From positions 14,502-78,501 of the forward strand of contig CAZSED010000002.1 in NCBI GenBank assembly GCA_964605885.1: a stretch of DNA of 64,000 bases. Direction: 5' to 3'. This document shows positions 18,849 to 28,180 of this stretch, in pieces. Numbering within the stretch: the stretch's first letter is position 1; every line of letters begins with the position of its first letter. The position numbers and the translations under genes were made by a program. This stretch comes from an uncultured Dehalococcoidales bacterium (GTDB lineage Bacteria > Chloroflexota > Dehalococcoidia > GIF9 > UBA5629). Under the pieces are notes generated by a model. The model was not told where the DNA came from and did no database searches. It was given only the letters and a program-made list of their open reading frames with translations.

Positions 18849-19380
18849 GGAGGCCAAATTGAAAGGCTGGAAGGAAGAAGAGATCAGAAACACGGACCTG
18901 ATGGCGCCCTGCGGGCTGTACTGCGGCGCCTGCGGGATTTACATTGCCACCAGGAACGGTAACGAGAAATTCCGCACGGTCATGGCCAACCTTTACCAAA
19001 CCAAACCGGAGGAGACGGAATGCTTCGGCTGCATGCAGCCTGATCCCCCCAAAAAGCTCTACGGCTACTGCCAGACATGCCAGATCAGGGACTGCGTCAA
19101 ATCGAAGGGGTTCTACTCCTGCCACCAGTGCCGGGAATGGCCCTGCGCCCTGATTCAGAATTTCTCCCTTGCCACCGGACTGCGGGTAATGAAACGGACC
19201 ATACCCGTATGGCGGGCAAAGGTGGCCGAACACGGCGATGAGGAAGGCAACGTGGAGTGGGTACGGTCGGAATTAGAGCGGTATCACTGCCCGTCGTGCG
19301 GAGAGCCGCTTTTTAGAGGCGCGCAGCGCTGCCGGGCCTGCAAAAGTTCGGTAGCGGATGAGCTGGACGGGTCCTTGTAA
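18849..19380 (+). CDS. DUF3795 Cys-rich protein
   Basis: APCGLYCGACGIY N-terminal signature. Start is likely TTG 18849 after an AGGAGG RBS; alternative ATG at 18901. Confidence 0.55.
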
Positions 19381-19416
19381 GCGAACGCAGCAGGAGGGCA
19401 CGTTATAGTTAAGCAG

Positions 19417-19968
19417 ATGAGAACTGAAGCCATTGCAAAGTCGACGCCTGGAAAGCTCTTTATGCGGCTGCTGGCTTCTGCCATGGAGAGCCGTTTCCGC
19501 TACAGGTTCTTCAGCCCGTTGAGCATCCTGGAAGGTGTCGACAACCTGGCCGGTCGCGCCGTCCTGGAGGTCGGATGCGGCACCGGGTACTTTACACTGC
19601 CGGCAGCTAATTTGATTGGTGACCGGGGGCTGCTGACCTCTATTGATGTCCTGGCCGAGTCAGTCGACCTGGTGAGTAGAAAAGTGCAGTCATCCGGCTT
19701 AGAGAACGTGCGCATTGTCAGGGCTGACGCCCTCAGCACTGGCCTGGACAATGCGGCCTTCGATACGGTCCTGTTATTTGGAGTGATACCGGCCCCCATG
19801 CTGCCGCTGAGCCGTCTGCTTCCCGAAATGCACCGCGTCCTCAAGCCGGGCGGCACCCTGGCGGTCTGGCCCCCCGTCCCGGGTTGGCTGCCGGGCTCGA
19901 TTGTCAGGTCCGGGCTGTTCACGTTCTCACTCAAGCGCAACAGTGTCTACAACTTCAAATGCCTGTGA
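19417..19968 (+). CDS. Class I SAM-dependent methyltransferase
   Basis: VLEVGCGTGYF motif I. Confidence 0.65.
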   Translation: MRTEAIAKSTPGKLFMRLLASAMESRFRYRFFSPLSILEGVDNLAGRAVLEVGCGTGYFTLPAANLIGDRGLLTSIDVLAESVDLVSRKVQSSGLENVRIVRADALSTGLDNAAFDTVLLFGVIPAPMLPLSRLLPEMHRVLKPGGTLAVWPPVPGWLPGSIVRSGLFTFSLKRNSVYNFKCL

Positions 19969-20048
19969 GCGCACATACACAATGCTATAATAGCGTCACA
20001 CTTCAGGGCGACTAATTCCGAAATACTACTAGAGGGGAGAATCTTGCC

Positions 20049-20759
20049 GTGAACACAAATATAAATTGCTCCAAATGTAAAAAAACTGTTTGCTACAGCA
20101 AGTATTATATGAACGGGCCGGAAAACTGCCCGACGAAGACCGAGGCAGAGGTAATCGAAAGGGCGGTTAACGAATATGAAAAGCCGGAGCAAAAGGAATT
20201 TGCACGCCAGGCATCGATTCAGGAATTTGAGAACTACATGAATATGCCGGAAGGACTGATGTCCCGTAATCCCAGGGTGGAGGAGGTGATTCAGTTCGCA
20301 AAAAAGATGGGCTACCGGAAACTGGGAGTCGCCTTCTGCGTCGGCCTCAAAAATGAGGCGGATATATTTGCCGAAATACTGGAAAATCGCGGCTTTGATG
20401 TGGTTTTCGTCTGCTGTAAGGTGGGTGGCATCCCCAAGGAAAGAATTGGAATTAAAGATGAGCAGAAGATTGCCCACACATTCAATATGCCTGACCTGTG
20501 GGAGACGATGTGCAACCCGATTGCGCAGGCCGAAATATTAAATAAATCGGAAGTGGATTTTAACGTGGCTGTGGGACTGTGTGTTGGGCATGATTCGCTG
20601 TTTTTTAAATATGCCAGGGCGCCGGTAACAGTGCTCATTGCCAAAGACAGGGTCCTCGGACATAACCCCGCTGCCGCTCTATACCAGTCAAACGCCTACT
20701 ACAGGCGGCTGATCCGCAAAGAGCCATTTGAGAACAGGCTGCCTTCAGCTTCTGATTAA
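20049..20759 (+). CDS. DUF1847-like Cys-rich metal-binding protein
   Basis: CSKCKKTVCY...CP N-terminal cysteines and GLCVGHD; GTG start with GGGGAGA RBS. Confidence 0.4.
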   Translation: MNTNINCSKCKKTVCYSKYYMNGPENCPTKTEAEVIERAVNEYEKPEQKEFARQASIQEFENYMNMPEGLMSRNPRVEEVIQFAKKMGYRKLGVAFCVGLKNEADIFAEILENRGFDVVFVCCKVGGIPKERIGIKDEQKIAHTFNMPDLWETMCNPIAQAEILNKSEVDFNVAVGLCVGHDSLFFKYARAPVTVLIAKDRVLGHNPAAALYQSNAYYRRLIRKEPFENRLPSASD

Positions 20760-20766
20760 GATATCG

Positions 20767-21311
20767 TCAGCCCTCGGGCACGGCGGGGCCGGCCCGCCGC
20801 TTAATCCGCATGCCGAACAGGAAGCGCGTCACGTTCGTCTGCTTAACCACGAACTGGTACAGTAGCAATATTATTGCGAACGATATAGCTATTATCAGAA
20901 AATACGTGGCAGGCGCCGGGATGTCCCACTGGATGACATAGAATCCGACGCCGACGATGACCGTTTGATGCATGACATAGAAAGGCAGCACCGCTCGTTG
21001 GCATAAGACAGGAAACGGTTGGAAAAAGAAAGAAATTTCCTGGCCATGCCCAGAAAGGCCACCATCCAGAAACAGCACAGCTAGACAGCGAAAAACTCCA
21101 TGTCGCCCACCAGGTTTTTCTCCGCACCGAGCATCGGCATCTGCCACAGGTCGGCAAAGTCATTAAACAGCTGGACCGTGAAGTAATGCTGGCTGTTTTT
21201 CAGGTGCCAGGGCCAGTAGACGAAGAACATTCCGCAGTGGAAGACGAATACCACCAGCATCGTGACAACCCGCACCCAGTCCAGGTCAAAGCGTCTTCCG
21301 TGCCTGTCCAC
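20767..21311 (-). pseudogene. Frameshifted and truncated acyltransferase-3/DUF1624-family membrane acyltransferase remnant
   Basis: One frame gives RFDLDWVRVVTMLVVFVFH (acyltransferase N-terminal motif), a second gives LPFYVMHQTVIVGVGFYV, and a third overlaps both. The whole is only about 180 codons, whereas typical family members are about 350. Confidence 0.45.
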
Positions 21312-21401
21312 AGCCGGGTATTATACATAAAAAGCGCTGCGGTATTGAAGGGCCGTTGTATAATTATCTGGCTTAAGTGTAATAAAAAGGTGGAGGCTGC
21401 T

Positions 21402-22826
21402 ATGAAAAACATTATTCGGCACGGGCATCTGGCTCTCCTTGTCTTGCTCATCCTGGCCTGTTCAATTCCTGCCTGCGCGGGCGCAGCACCGCAAACCATC
21501 AGCCTGCAGGAGGCGCAGCAGATCGCCTTTGATGCCGCGGTCTACGGCTTCCCGCTGGTCGTGATGGACCTCACCCGGCAGGTCATGACGGCGGTCCCCG
21601 CGCCCAGTCAGCTCGGATCACCGGCCAACCAGTTCGGCAACAAGAGGGTGTTCCCGGATGCAACCTTCACCAACGTGGTGAACCCCAATGCCGATACGCT
21701 ATATTCGTCGGCCTGGATCGACACCGCTAAAGAGCCCATCATCCTCTCGGTGCCGGATACCCACGGCCGCTACTACCTGATGCCCATGTTCAACTGCTGG
21801 ACGGACTGCTTTGCCTCGCCCGGCTCGCGCACCACCGGCACCGGCGCCGGCAGCTTTGCCATCACCGGCCCGGGCTGGAGCGGCAAGTTGCCTGACGGCC
21901 TGGCCGAGATGAAGTCTTCCACCCGCTGGGTCTGGATTGTCGGCCGCATCGCCTGTACGGGGCAGGCCGACTACGATAACGTCTGGAAGCTTCAGGACCA
22001 GCTCAAGCTGACGCCGCTCTCCGCCTGGGGCACCAGCTACGTGCCGCCGGCCAGCGTGCCGGTCGATCCCAACGTCAACGCTAAGGTGGCTCCGCTCGCC
22101 CAGTTGCTGGCCATGGATGCAGCCGGCTTTTTCAACAATGCCTGCTCGTTGATGGTTGAAAACCCTCCCTATGCAGCGGATGCCCCCATACTGGCCCTCA
22201 TGGCGAAGATAGGCATCAAGCCCGGGGCCGACTACAAGTCGTACTTTGCCGGGCTGGATGATGGCCTTAAGTCGGCCATTCAGGCCGGCTATCAGTCCGC
22301 CCTGGCCCAGATTCCTGCGTCGGATATGGGGACTCCCAAGAACGGGTGGCAGCTCACTTACGCCACCGGCAACTACGGCACGAACTATGCGGTGAGGGCT
22401 GCCATAGCCTACCGTGGATTGGGCGCCAATCTTGTTGACGATGCTTTCTATGCCTCAGCTTTAACCACCGGCGACGGCGCAAAGTTGTCCAGCGACAACA
22501 AGTATGTGCTCCATTTCGGCAAGGATGAGGTACCGCCAGTCAGCGGCTTCTGGTCGCTCTCCATGTACAACGACAAGATTATGTTCGTGGCCAATCCCAT
22601 CAACAGGTACAGCCTGGGCTCGTTGAGCGACCCGCCGCTGGTCAAGAACCCCGACGGTTCGCTTGACATCTACATACAGCGCGATGCTCCTGATTCTGCC
22701 GTGACGCCCAACTGGCTGCCCGCCCCGGCCAGCGGCAACTTCCAGATGACGCTGCGCCTGTACTGGCCGCAGCAGCCGGTGCTGGACAAGAAGTGGATAC
22801 CGCCGGCGGTGCAGCTGGTTAAATAG
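21402..22826 (+). CDS. Secreted DUF1254-DUF1214 fusion protein
   Basis: PNADTLYSSAWIDT...EPIILSVPDTHGRYYLMPMF (DUF1254) and FWSLSMYN...NPINRYSLGS...NWLP (DUF1214); signal peptide; RBS AAGGTGGAGG. Confidence 0.7.
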   Translation: MKNIIRHGHLALLVLLILACSIPACAGAAPQTISLQEAQQIAFDAAVYGFPLVVMDLTRQVMTAVPAPSQLGSPANQFGNKRVFPDATFTNVVNPNADTLYSSAWIDTAKEPIILSVPDTHGRYYLMPMFNCWTDCFASPGSRTTGTGAGSFAITGPGWSGKLPDGLAEMKSSTRWVWIVGRIACTGQADYDNVWKLQDQLKLTPLSAWGTSYVPPASVPVDPNVNAKVAPLAQLLAMDAAGFFNNACSLMVENPPYAADAPILALMAKIGIKPGADYKSYFAGLDDGLKSAIQAGYQSALAQIPASDMGTPKNGWQLTYATGNYGTNYAVRAAIAYRGLGANLVDDAFYASALTTGDGAKLSSDNKYVLHFGKDEVPPVSGFWSLSMYNDKIMFVANPINRYSLGSLSDPPLVKNPDGSLDIYIQRDAPDSAVTPNWLPAPASGNFQMTLRLYWPQQPVLDKKWIPPAVQLVK

Positions 22827-22859
22827 AGTCAGGGGCAAAGCATAGATATATGCCGCAAT

Positions 22860-23171
22860 TCACCCGCCCAGCGGTTTGCCTGTTATAGCATAATAGATTG
22901 TGGATGCGATCAATGGTACCAGCGGCAGTAATAAAACTCCTGCCAGTATTGCCAGAACTATCAGCCTCCACCCGCGCAATTTTTTCCTGAGGATTATTCC
23001 AATCAGCAATATCGCCAGCCCGGTGGTAAGGATAATAAGTCCGATCAGGTCCGTGTCCATTCCCCACAGGCCGTAAAAAAGCGGAGTGAGCAGGAAAAGC
23101 AGTATGCCGAAGCCCATTATGAAAAATGAAGCCGTTATTAATTTCCCGAATCTCTGCACTAATCTCTTCAT
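22860..23171 (-). CDS. Small membrane protein (3 TM)
   Basis: Hydrophobic 103-aa product; start overlaps the upstream stop (ATGA). Confidence 0.45.
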   Translation of the reverse strand: MKRLVQRFGKLITASFFIMGFGILLFLLTPLFYGLWGMDTDLIGLIILTTGLAILLIGIILRKKLRGWRLIVLAILAGVLLLPLVPLIASTIYYAITGKPLGG

Positions 23172-23509
23172 CTTGCTTCTTGCCCCTTCAGTCCAAGCAC
23201 TTTCCTTGCCCTGGAAACGTCGGACTTGAACACCTGAAGCCTGACTCCCCCTATCGCATAAGAGTATACCCAGTTAACTAGATTTTCATCTGCCACAAAG
23301 GATGGGATGCCAGCTGATTTCAGTTTTGCTGAAAGCAGCTGAGCCTCAGGCGGATGGTAGAAACTGGCGATTGTAACTATTTCGTCATGGTCTTTGCCAT
23401 GGGCTGGTGTTTTAATTTTAGGCAGCTTATCGACTAGAGGGACCTGACAATCATTGCAGACTTGTGCCCAATCCTGGAATTCACTGCGGCACTCCGGACA
23501 AAACTTCAC
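23168..23509 (-). CDS. Zinc-ribbon plus DUF2007-like putative signal-transducing protein
   Basis: CPECRSEF...CNDCQVPL N-terminal zinc ribbon. Confidence 0.4.
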   Translation of the reverse strand: MKFCPECRSEFQDWAQVCNDCQVPLVDKLPKIKTPAHGKDHDEIVTIASFYHPPEAQLLSAKLKSAGIPSFVADENLVNWVYSYAIGGVRLQVFKSDVSRARKVLGLKGQEAR

Positions 23510-23639
23510 ATCCTACCCCCCATACGTCTTGACATTATCATAAGTCTGTAATTGATTGTCAATTACATGCCGTGTGATTAGATAGACGAATACCACGTTG
23601 GTATAATAATGGAAATTAAATTGGGAAACTGATTTCAAC

Positions 23640-24068
23640 TTGAGCTATTTAAATCTGAAAAAATGCAGGGAGTGCCAGCAGGAAATAAGTGAGCAGGCTT
23701 TTACCTGCCCGAACTGCGGCGCGCCCTTTCCCGCCAGGGAAAAATGGGACGGCTGGGGCTATGAGTATAAAAGCAAGGTGGCTGTTATGGGATTGCCCCT
23801 GGTCCATATTTCATTCAAGTACAGCCCCAAAATCAGGCCGGTTGTCGCCAGGGGAATAGTTGCCATCGGGCAGTTCGCCGTCGGCGTAATAACCGTCTCG
23901 CAATTCGGAATAGGCGTTATCAGCATCAGCCAGTTCACCATTGCAGTCCTGGCCCTGGCGCAATTTGCACTGGCCTATTCACTGGTGGCACAGATAGGCT
24001 TATACATTGACCAGGGATACGGGCAGCTGGTCTGGAACCTGATTGATCTGTTGAAGCAGATATTTTGA
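23640..24068 (+). CDS. Zinc-ribbon protein with C-terminal hydrophobic decapeptide repeats
   Basis: CRECQQEISEQAFTCPNCGAPF, then GQFAVGVITV/SQFGIGVISI/SQFTIAVLAL/AQFALAYSLV repeats. Confidence 0.45.
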   Translation: MSYLNLKKCRECQQEISEQAFTCPNCGAPFPAREKWDGWGYEYKSKVAVMGLPLVHISFKYSPKIRPVVARGIVAIGQFAVGVITVSQFGIGVISISQFTIAVLALAQFALAYSLVAQIGLYIDQGYGQLVWNLIDLLKQIF

Positions 24069-24105
24069 TAGGCGTGACAAGAACCCGCGCCCCGGCAGAA
24101 TTGCT

Positions 24106-24330
24106 TTACTCTGAACCCTTTTTATATTTTTGCTGCAGTTCCCTTAATTGCTGCTGCTTTTTTAGCTCTTCCTCAGTCAGGGTTTTGTAGGAAACAAGCT
24201 CGTCGTTCTTGATTTCAACAGTAAAAAGCGCACGGCATTTCCAGCAGCGATAGGGCCCGATATAATCCAGTTCAACCAGGGATATGGTGCCTTCGGTCTG
24301 GCAGGCCGGACATTTAATCTTTTTCAGCAT
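24106..24330 (-). CDS. Small zinc-ribbon protein with a coiled-coil tail
   Basis: CPACQ...CWKCRALF, then a K/Q/E-rich tail. Confidence 0.4.
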   Translation of the reverse strand: MLKKIKCPACQTEGTISLVELDYIGPYRCWKCRALFTVEIKNDELVSYKTLTEEELKKQQQLRELQQKYKKGSE

Positions 24331-24540
24331 ATTTGTTCATCCTTCCAATTCAGCATTATAAAGTAGTATTAAATGCTTCGCAAAATTTCTTATTCAACCA
24401 ACGGGTCATAAATATTGTACCGGATGGCTCTCCTTCGCCGCATGGTTGATTAATTATAATATGTAAAGATCGCGCAACGTTTAACTTACTTGACCGAACG
24501 TTCGCGGTATGCTACACCTAAATTAGGGCGTTTAAGGGAG

Positions 24541-25140
24541 GTGATTAATATAAAAACTATTTATAAGGTGCTCATAGCGGCGGTGATAGCCGTGGTGGCT
24601 GGTGGCGCCATCGGCTTTTTCACCGTCAACCCCATTGCTAAGGCTGTAACCAGTGCGAGCAACGCTACAAGCGGACCATGGTCTGTCAACTATGCATATG
24701 GCAGCGCCGCGGCAAACCCGTATGTCAAGGCATGGGTCGCCGAGACAGGGCTTTTCGCGGTGACAATTAGCACATACTTTGACGCCTACACCGATGACAA
24801 CGGACAACCGATCACAGGCGGCTGCGACTATGTGATACAGGGCCCGGCGCCTACGGCACGATACTGGAATATCACTGTCTACAACCAGGATGGTTTCCTG
24901 ATACAAAACGACCAGAACCGCTGGTCATTCAGCTCCACTGACATCAAGTTCGAGCCTGACGGCAGTTTCAAAATATATCTATCGAGAACGGCGAAGCAGG
25001 GAAACTGGCTGCCGACCGGCAACGCTAAGACGCTGAACGTGTACTTTCGCCTGCATAACGCCGGACCTGATTACCTGAGCGCCAATACATTAAAGTCGGC
25101 GGGACTGCCGCATATTACCAAGGAGGGCTGCCAGCAATGA
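24541..25140 (+). CDS. Membrane-anchored stand-alone DUF1214 domain protein
   Basis: WSFSSTDIKFEPDGSFKIYL...GNWLPTGN DUF1214 signature and an N-terminal TM anchor. The start is ambiguous: an in-frame GTG at 24541 overlaps the GGGAGGTGA RBS, and the track begins at TTG 24490. Confidence 0.5.
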   Translation: MINIKTIYKVLIAAVIAVVAGGAIGFFTVNPIAKAVTSASNATSGPWSVNYAYGSAAANPYVKAWVAETGLFAVTISTYFDAYTDDNGQPITGGCDYVIQGPAPTARYWNITVYNQDGFLIQNDQNRWSFSSTDIKFEPDGSFKIYLSRTAKQGNWLPTGNAKTLNVYFRLHNAGPDYLSANTLKSAGLPHITKEGCQQ

Positions 25141-25670
25141 AAAAGTGGATACCATGGATAGGATGGACGCTCCTGGCCGTCATCGTGGTGGCCGTCATCG
25201 TGAACCTGGTCGTGGCGCTCAGCATTCCAACGGTCATTATGGGAGTAACACTTAACCAGAAGTTCAACTACCCCAGCAACCAGTGGATTTTCGAGCCGCC
25301 GATCTCAGATAATAGCACCGACGTAATCAGGCCGGCTCCTGATGATCTTTACTCAATCCTGGTTTACGACGTTAGCCAGCACCCGCTGCGCGTGACCGCC
25401 GTAACGTCTCCAAACTGGGCTATCTCCGGTATTGCCATCAATACAGATAATTTCTTTAACATCACCGATCTGCAGGCAAAGACGAACCCGGTGGAGATTG
25501 TCCTGATATCAAAGGGACAGACATACAAGGACACAACAGGGAAGGCAGTAGTCATCGAGTCACCTAGCGACAAGGGCATACTTATGATCAGCGCTGTCAC
25601 CCCTAATCAGGCAGCTTTGCCAGGCCTTGTGGAGCAGCAAAAAAAATCCACCGCAGAGTTGGTAAAGTAA
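25137..25670 (+). CDS. Membrane-anchored stand-alone DUF1254 domain protein
   Basis: IRPAPDDLYSILVYDVSQHPLRVTAV DUF1254 signature; its start overlaps the stop of the DUF1214 gene. Confidence 0.55.
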   Translation: MKKWIPWIGWTLLAVIVVAVIVNLVVALSIPTVIMGVTLNQKFNYPSNQWIFEPPISDNSTDVIRPAPDDLYSILVYDVSQHPLRVTAVTSPNWAISGIAINTDNFFNITDLQAKTNPVEIVLISKGQTYKDTTGKAVVIESPSDKGILMISAVTPNQAALPGLVEQQKKSTAELVK

Positions 25671-25777
25671 TCACCTGAGGGCCGAAGTCCGTCTTCACTG
25701 TGTTCCGGTTGGTTGTTACAGGTGGACTTCGGCTCTGCGCAAGGTTGTCATTCAAACACCTGTCGGGAAGACTAAAC

Positions 25778-26137
25778 ATGAGGACACACTACAAGGCTAT
25801 CGATGAATACATAAAGAGTTTTCCTGCCGATGTCCAGGTAATCCTCCAAACAATACGACGGATTGTACGGGAAGCTGCACCTGAAGCTGTGGAAGCAATT
25901 AGCTATGGAATCCCTACATTCAAACTTGGCGGTAATCTGGTACATTTTTCTGCGTACAAGCATCATATTGGCTTTTATCCCACACCATCAGGAATTGAGC
26001 AGTTTGAAGCAGAACTGGCGACATACAAATCATCCAAAGGCGCCGTACAATTCCCGTTGGACAGGCCGGTTCCCTACGACCTGGTGAAAAGAATAGTTAT
26101 TTTCCAGGTAAAGGAGAAAACGGGGGAAAAGCACTAG
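25778..26137 (+). CDS. DUF1801 (YdhG-like) domain protein
   Basis: MRTHYKAIDEYIKSFPADVQVIL...YGIPTFK pattern. Confidence 0.5.
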   Translation: MRTHYKAIDEYIKSFPADVQVILQTIRRIVREAAPEAVEAISYGIPTFKLGGNLVHFSAYKHHIGFYPTPSGIEQFEAELATYKSSKGAVQFPLDRPVPYDLVKRIVIFQVKEKTGEKH

Positions 26138-26284
26138 CAAGCGTGTTTGAGACATCCTGTATACGCAATCCCTGCGCAATAATGACCCCTTCGGGTCACT
26201 GATGTTATCCGTTACGGTTCTATCGCCATAGTAAAAGCCTGCCTATAATGTCCCCGTGTCAAATAATCTCTCACAGGTGATGGC

Positions 26285-26812
26285 ATGAATGCACTCAGGA
26301 ACCTGCACCGCGGACAGAAAGGCATGACCGGCCTTGAAACGGCAATTATCCTCATTTCATTCGTCACCGTTGCGGCCGTATTCGGCTACGCCGTATTAAG
26401 CGCAGGCCTCTTCTCGGCCGAAAGGGGCAAGGAAACCGTCTATAACGCCCTGGATGAGGCAAACAACACCTGCACAGTTTCGGGCTCAGTAGTAGCCACG
26501 AGCGATGACAACATTAACGTAAGAACCATAAGATTCGCGCTCAGGCCCGTGCCGGCCACCTGGGGCGGCGTCACTTCTGCCGTCCTCAGCCTTACGACCA
26601 GGACAGACTATATCAACAATGTGCGGATTTCAGGTTTCCAAGATGATGTAATCATCATTGACTTGACCGACCTTGGCCCCGGCGGTCCGCTCAGCGAGAA
26701 CCTGACTGCAAATGACACCTTCACCCTGCAGGTCAAGCCGTCCAAAGGGGCAAGCATCACCATCAGCAGGCAACTGCCCCCAGCCTTTTACCCGGTGATG
26801 GACCTGCGCTAA
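26285..26812 (+). CDS. Archaellin-like protein (archaeal flagellin N-terminal domain with class III signal peptide)
   Basis: RGQKG|MTGLETAIILISFVTVAAVFGYAVLSAGLF...ERGKET closely parallels archaellin N-termini such as ...KG|LAGLDTAIILIAFIIVASVLAYVAINMGLF...KAKTT; 175 aa; AGGTGA RBS. Confidence 0.6.
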   Translation: MNALRNLHRGQKGMTGLETAIILISFVTVAAVFGYAVLSAGLFSAERGKETVYNALDEANNTCTVSGSVVATSDDNINVRTIRFALRPVPATWGGVTSAVLSLTTRTDYINNVRISGFQDDVIIIDLTDLGPGGPLSENLTANDTFTLQVKPSKGASITISRQLPPAFYPVMDLR

Positions 26813-26916
26813 GGCCCCCGGGAACATTCCCAGTTAACCTGAGAAATGAAGCGCCCTGTGCGAATTGCTACATCCCCAATTGAGTGGGGACTCGTAATGT
26901 TATTTGGAGAGAGGAT

Positions 26917-26953
26917 TGGTGGCAGCGACTGGGATTGAACCAGTGACCAAGGG
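26917..26953 (-). repeat. Direct repeat of the 3' 37 nt of tRNA-Met (att-like partial tRNA copy)
   Basis: TGGTGGCAGCGACTGGGATTGAACCAGTGACCAAGGG is identical to 28181..28217, which is the tRNA 3' half including CCA. Confidence 0.85.
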
Positions 26954-27045
26954 GCGTTACATCCTGTATATGGGGTATTCCATTACGATGTTTACTGATG
27001 TATAATGCTTTTGTTTGCGTTTAAATGGCTTCCTGCCTAAATTGA

Positions 27046-28152
27046 TTGAGGGGGTTGAGTTGGTTTATGAAGAAGGCGCCCAGCAAGCGAAAAAAGACTC
27101 TCATACGACAAAAATATCAAGACTCCTTTGCTGATACACTGAAGAAAATTCCCTTAAACAAATTTACCGTTGAGGCCGCACTCGAAGTTATTCCTGCCAG
27201 TATCAGTAATGCTGTTTCACTTGTAGCTGATGAAACTATCGGTGTTGCCACTGGTGTAATTGCATACCATACCCTTGACTGGATGATAAGTACGTTTACC
27301 CATGTTTATGAAACGGGTGAAGCGCGCCTGTCTACCATATTTGGTGGAACTATACCAGACGCCACATATAATAGTGTTTCCGAATTTTGGGCTAAAGTTG
27401 AACAGCATGGTTTGTCTCACGGTGCACTCATAGAGATTACCGGACTGCTGTCACCATATGGACCGTTGACACCATCACATCCCATGTCTAGGCCAGGTTA
27501 CTCAATTGGTGGCTGGAAAAAAATGGGTGATTTAAAAGCAGATAGCACGGAAGAATACGATAATATGGACGCATTAATATATGGTGATCGTGTTATCCGC
27601 CTTTCTAAACCAAGATATAATACATACTATGCAGGGTTGTATGATGTCTATTACGGCTTGGCAAATGTTGCTATTCCACTTTATTTAGATACCCGGCATA
27701 CGCGTCACTTTTACCAATGGGGGCTGCCTGAACTATGGAAATTGCCTTTAGTTGGCGGAAAAATCGTTACATTAAAAGGTCGTTTACGGAAAATCTCGAA
27801 CTACTATTCCCAATTAAAAAAAGAAGTGCCGTCCAAATATCGAATGTTGCCTTCATATGGTTTGGAGGTTTTTGAGATAACTTATATGCATGAATCAGAC
27901 GGTATTACTCATATATCTGCCTCTATTGGCTGGGATGAAGAAAATCAGGAAAGAATGATGACCAATTATTTTAATATACAAGACAGACAAGAATTTTCTG
28001 TGTCCGAGCACCTGCTAGAAAAAACCAGAAAACAGAAAACCAATTTGCTGCTCTTCAATTATGATGATGTATCCTGTTTGAGTAAAGAGTGGAAACACAA
28101 ACTACCTAAATATAATGAACTACTTCAACCATGGTTAAGCGGTACAAAATAA
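27046..28152 (+). CDS. AT-rich orphan protein of unknown function (368 aa), cargo of the tRNA-flanked mini-island
   Basis: Hand-counted 60-bp samples are about 40% GC, against about 65% in neighbouring genes; no recognisable domain; lies exactly between the tRNA and its partial direct repeat. Confidence 0.55.
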   Translation: MRGLSWFMKKAPSKRKKTLIRQKYQDSFADTLKKIPLNKFTVEAALEVIPASISNAVSLVADETIGVATGVIAYHTLDWMISTFTHVYETGEARLSTIFGGTIPDATYNSVSEFWAKVEQHGLSHGALIEITGLLSPYGPLTPSHPMSRPGYSIGGWKKMGDLKADSTEEYDNMDALIYGDRVIRLSKPRYNTYYAGLYDVYYGLANVAIPLYLDTRHTRHFYQWGLPELWKLPLVGGKIVTLKGRLRKISNYYSQLKKEVPSKYRMLPSYGLEVFEITYMHESDGITHISASIGWDEENQERMMTNYFNIQDRQEFSVSEHLLEKTRKQKTNLLLFNYDDVSCLSKEWKHKLPKYNELLQPWLSGTK

Positions 28153-28180
28153 ATCTTTTGTTCTGGCACACTTAAAAATA

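Noticed and set aside
26917-26953. A second tRNA gene
   Set aside because: Only the 3' 37 nt (anticodon-stem 3' strand through CCA) are present; the upstream sequence cannot form D or anticodon arms. It is interpreted as an att-site duplicate.
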